DNA from: Azolla caroliniana
Taxonomy: Eukaryota; Plantae; Polypodiophyta
Assembly (NCBI GenBank): GCA_043228905.1
Contig: JBHGNT010000016.1
Span: forward strand, 930,001-994,000
Length of the DNA stretch: 64,000 nt
Direction of reading: 5' to 3'
The position numbers and the translations under genes were made by a program. Shown here one piece after another: positions 60,169 through 64,000 of the stretch. The notes under the pieces were generated by a model. The model did no database searches. It saw only the letters and a list, made by a program, of their open reading frames with translations, and was not told the origin of the DNA. How positions within the stretch are numbered: position 1 is the first letter of the stretch; every line of letters begins with the position of its first letter.

Positions 60169-62303
60169 TCATCTGTCCAAGGCACTCAATACTACCCTGG
60201 AAAATGCACAGGTTCATGGAGAACTTGATATTAGCCAATGTCACAACAACTAAATCACAGTTAGAACTTCCATAAATTTCGCATACAAGAACCACATGGA
60301 ATCTTTCCAAACATATCAGTTCATGGAGAACTTAGAGTTAGCCAATGCCTTGTAACAATTGAGCTTAGCAAAAGAATTCACAAATTCCCTAAAGAAGAGG
60401 GATAAAACCTTTCCATGCACCACATGAGAATTATTGGTGTTTTCCAGAAGGAAAACTTAGGAGTAGGTACCAACAAAAATAATATAAATCTATGAATAAT
60501 CACACTTGATAGATAGAATCCATGGATATTAGCTCTCTAACCAAGCATGATACCACAGTCCACCTTACATCTAATACAGATGTGTGCATCAGAGTGGCTT
60601 GAATTTCAGACAGGTCAGCAAATGAACGGGTATCTAGACCTTGTATCTCCAGATCTAGTAACCAGAACCATCCAGACTGTGAGTGGACAAAGCCATTCTT
60701 CATCCACATGGACCTAGATTTAGCCTTAATATTGAGTAGTAATAAATTTTGTTAGCGTATTACCAGTCATATACTGTAGGAGAGTTAGGTGGTTGTTTGT
60801 CGAACTTCTCTGAGCTAAGTCTCTTTGTTGTTTTGTTGTTTCCAGAATGGAGCGCATTGCTCCAAGGATTCTCCCTTTCATGGCCTGCATCAATAACATC
60901 TTTAAATTGATACTCAACAAAGTACCCATAATATTATAGCATGTTAATAATTTGTTGCTTTAAATGCTTCAGCTTTCAGCTTTCCATTTCATTGCTACAT
61001 AACTCTTCTAGCTCCTAATCAGGAAGGGTCATTACCACCATGAGACCCGAGGGCAGGAGATGAAGGCACTGACACAGATTTCAGCTGATGTCTGTCACGC
61101 TCGAAACCTTGCAAATGTTAAATCTGATGTAAGTAGATGACGAAAAAGAGATATTACATCATAGTATGACCCTTTTATCTTAACAATTGTTACAAAAATA
61201 TGTCCCACTAAGATTTAATAAGAACTATGAGAGAAGAATATTAATTGTTTTTAATAGATTTTGTTCAAAGTCTATCTAAAAAAGATAAAACATTGATTGC
61301 TTTGGATGTTCTTACAATCCTTCATACTATAATATTTAATGTTTTTAAATTTTACTACCATTAGTATAATTAATTTTGGACATTCAAATGGGGAATGGAG
61401 AAAACACCGTAATTAAAGTAAAATTGCCGTGTATCCGGAAATCAATTGCAATTGAAATTACATGTGAGAAACCTATAAATTAGGAGATGTTTTGAAATAA
61501 AACTCTTTAAATATTGAGCATCTGTATATTAATAATTTCAACAAATTATAAGTGAGGTTTACTACCTTCCTGGGATATAAATTAAAATTCATCACCTTTC
61601 TTTAACATTATAATTTTTGTTTGGAGTTCATGCAGAATGTTGAGTCTATTGAGAGCGGGGAATGAAAACACTAGGATAATACTAAAGAGAGCTAAAGGGA
61701 AAGGTATATAGAAGCTCACTACTAAAGGGAGACCCGACGAAAGATGAGCCAGGGGTGTTGGGTCCGCCTGGAGTAGAAGGGGTGGAGCCGCAATCACCAG
61801 AGTCAGGATCAAGCGGATCGGTGGGCAGGAGGAGCCTTGGAGGCCGCTTGGCAATCGCGATGCTCTGTGTCACCCACCTTGGATCCTCGTGCGGCCGGAT
61901 GAATTCACAGCTTCGTCGGCGGGGCCTCTCCATCATTATCCTTGCCGGTTGTTCAATATCATCCATGGCTTCTGTACATAAATACACAAGCATAAATGCA
62001 TTGCAAAAGCAAGGGTCCAGATGCACATACATTCCCAAGTAAAGAATCAAACATGCATAAGACAGTGTATCATAATCACGTATCAAGTGTATTTAGATGC
62101 ATTCCCCAGTAAATAAAAGCAAATATCACAGATTAGAAAAAAAAGAACAAAGCCTAAAAGAAAGCAATAGAAATTTAGCTGAAGAAGAAGAGGAAAAATA
62201 GCTTACCACCATGGACTCTAGGGTTTCTGCGGAGACGACTCAGGCCTTGATCTGGCTGTGGACCAGCCACCACATCATCCCAGAGCTTATCAAGCAAACC
62301 CAT
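60169..62303 (-). CDS. Dormancy-associated/auxin-repressed protein (DRM1/ARP family), ~189 aa; exons 62303-62207, 61971-61720, 61107-61036, 60884-60764, 60196-60169
   Basis: MGLLDKLWDDVVAGPQPD.GL..LR, VTQSI.I, STPSTP..P.TP, ENPW, SPTVYDW|VVLSALDR*. GT-AG boundaries with consistent phases; the 72-nt exon 3 is less certain. Confidence 0.9.
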
Positions 62304-62336
62304 GATCGAGATTAGAAGTACAAACGAAGAAACAGA

Positions 62337-62338
<2 letters not shown>

Positions 62339-62373
<35 letters not shown>

Positions 62374-62548
62374 AACAGAGGAGAAAAGCAAGAATGGGTA
62401 AACGAAGAAGCCAAGGCGATATATATAGGAGAAAAAATCTCTCTGTCTCTCTCTGTGTACAGTCACACTGTACACATACACAGAGAGAGAGATAGAGAGA
62501 GAGTGTGTGTGTGTGTCTCTCTCTCTCTCTCTGTGTGGTCTCTTTCTT

Positions 62549-62580
<32 letters not shown>
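62339..62580. repeat. GA/CT/GT microsatellite cluster in the 5'UTR/promoter of the DRM1/ARP gene
   Basis: (AG)n at 62339-62368, and (AG)/(GT)/(CT) tracts at 62483-62580. Confidence 0.9.
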
Positions 62581-62581
<1 letters not shown>

Positions 62582-62745
62582 GCGTGAAAGCCTCTTCTCT
62601 GACTCAGCGTCTGTGTGTGGGTGTGGATAAGGAAGGGGGGCAGAGAGGGACCTCATCCTCCCCCCATACCTCTTTTCTTCTTCTCTTCAACTTTTTGTCT
62701 TTCAAGTTTTGTCCACTTTTGTCTCTTGGACATTTGACTCCATAA

Positions 62746-62776
<31 letters not shown>

Positions 62777-64000
62777 TATGTATAAATGGGCAACTAGGAC
62801 AACTATCCCCATTTCAATACATACATATGTACACACCTTATGAATGGGCCGAGCGAGCGATTGACACATTACATAGAGACAGAGACAGAGAGATAAGATG
62901 TGACTTATTATTGGGCAAAGCCAAGCAATCGAGAGGGACCTTCTTGTATTGACATGCCTCCTATTTAGGGAACTACGTGGTAATTTTTTTCCCCCATTTA
63001 TGTCTTCCAAGTTTCGACGCCCATTTCGTTTTGATGATATTAGAAAATGCGTACTCACTCCCTCCTCTTTACCCCCTCCTTTTCCTCTCCTTCTTTCTCT
63101 ACGAAAACAACCCAATCAAAAGAAAAGATGATGTCCCTTTACCTCTAAAGTTGTTGTTTTTTTATTGGTTGAAGGTACCCCCTTGGCGCAAGATGCAGAT
63201 ATTGTGACAAAAAGTGGAATAAACAATTGCTTGTTCCTACACCTAATGCAAATGGGCATTGTGACATATGACACTTCTTATTGGGGTAAACCCAAAATTC
63301 GTATCCTAGCCACAAAATCTTTGATTCTTGTCGACCCCCTCCCCAGGACAATAAATCGACAACCATGGGTGCAAGGGTACCAACACCAAATGCACATAGT
63401 GCAAACAAAGAAATGACGTTTTGTGCTCAAGGTAATCACACAACAAAATAAAGTTGTGGGCGCATTTTGATGACACTTTTGTAACAAATTCTTACATTTG
63501 TCCAACTTCCAATCATAATCATATAGGGATGTTCACTATGAATATGGTATAGATGCTAGCTTATGTGTATTAGTTCTTGTTAATTTCAAAATCTTCATGA
63601 GTTTCTTGGATGTGAGTCTCAATCTTGACATGTTTATAACGAGCCATGACTCACAAGTTCTTACTCAAGGACAACACGTCGAAATAATAGTATGATCGTA
63701 TGTATTGTATATTATTGGGTAAATGCACATTTATTTGACGATGTCACATTTATAATGTGTTACTGACGTGTCAATTAATGGATTGGCATTCATTTCAACG
63801 CAAAAAAGGTCAACACTATTATGATGGAAATCATGGATCCACATGCCATGTAGAGATTCAAAGATAAACGATATTGGAAGGATAAGTTGGTCTAGTTGCA
63901 AGCTACCATTCTTTCTTCAAGTAAAAATGCGTGCGATTTATATATAAAAAATAAATTGCAAATATAGGACACCTGTAAATGATTCCATGGAAACAAACAA

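Noticed and set aside
60610-60690. Intronic segment reading WMVLVTRSGDTRSRY, resembling the alternative DRM1 C-terminus (YSG.TRS)
   Set aside because: No AG acceptor places it in frame after YDW. The exon at 60196-60169 gives the canonical VVLSALDR* ending.
61050-61100. Possible C/D-box snoRNA (GATGA...CTGA)
   Set aside because: The C box is imperfect and the sequence is too short. It is better explained as the antisense of DRM1/ARP exon 3.
62302-62745. ORFs with ERERER/SLSLSL/VCVCVC runs, here and at 8044, 19128, 28415 and 54197
   Set aside because: Translations of microsatellites, not genes.

Overview
Eukaryotic, AT-rich plant nuclear DNA. The style of the PPR protein suggests a fern or another non-seed plant; this is an inference. 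I assembled eight protein-coding genes by hand, checking exon phase: a PCaP/DREPP-headed Thr/Pro-repeat protein (-), a PLS-class PPR protein truncated in its E domain (-), a 5-exon NPF/PTR transporter with a GC-AG intron (+), a 2-exon TPR protein (-), an EID1-like F-box protein (+), a 15-exon organellar asparaginyl-tRNA synthetase (-), a catalytically dead Harbinger-derived ALP1/HARBI1-like protein with a His/Glu repeat head (+), and a 5-exon DRM1/ARP dormancy protein (-). The window also holds an initiator tRNA-Met gene, two internally deleted Ty1/copia elements with LTRs and TSDs, a hAT-type MITE, tRNA-derived SINE-like relics, a PPR pseudogene, degraded gypsy and hAT relics, and many tandem repeats and microsatellites. 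The most unusual items are the protein at 838-2067 (myristoylated PCaP head plus mucin-like tail), the His-rich domesticated Harbinger protein, two unrelated copia elements that lost RT at the same motif, and the triplicated, stop-containing E-domain end of the PPR gene. I found no CRISPR array and no multi-gene novel system.
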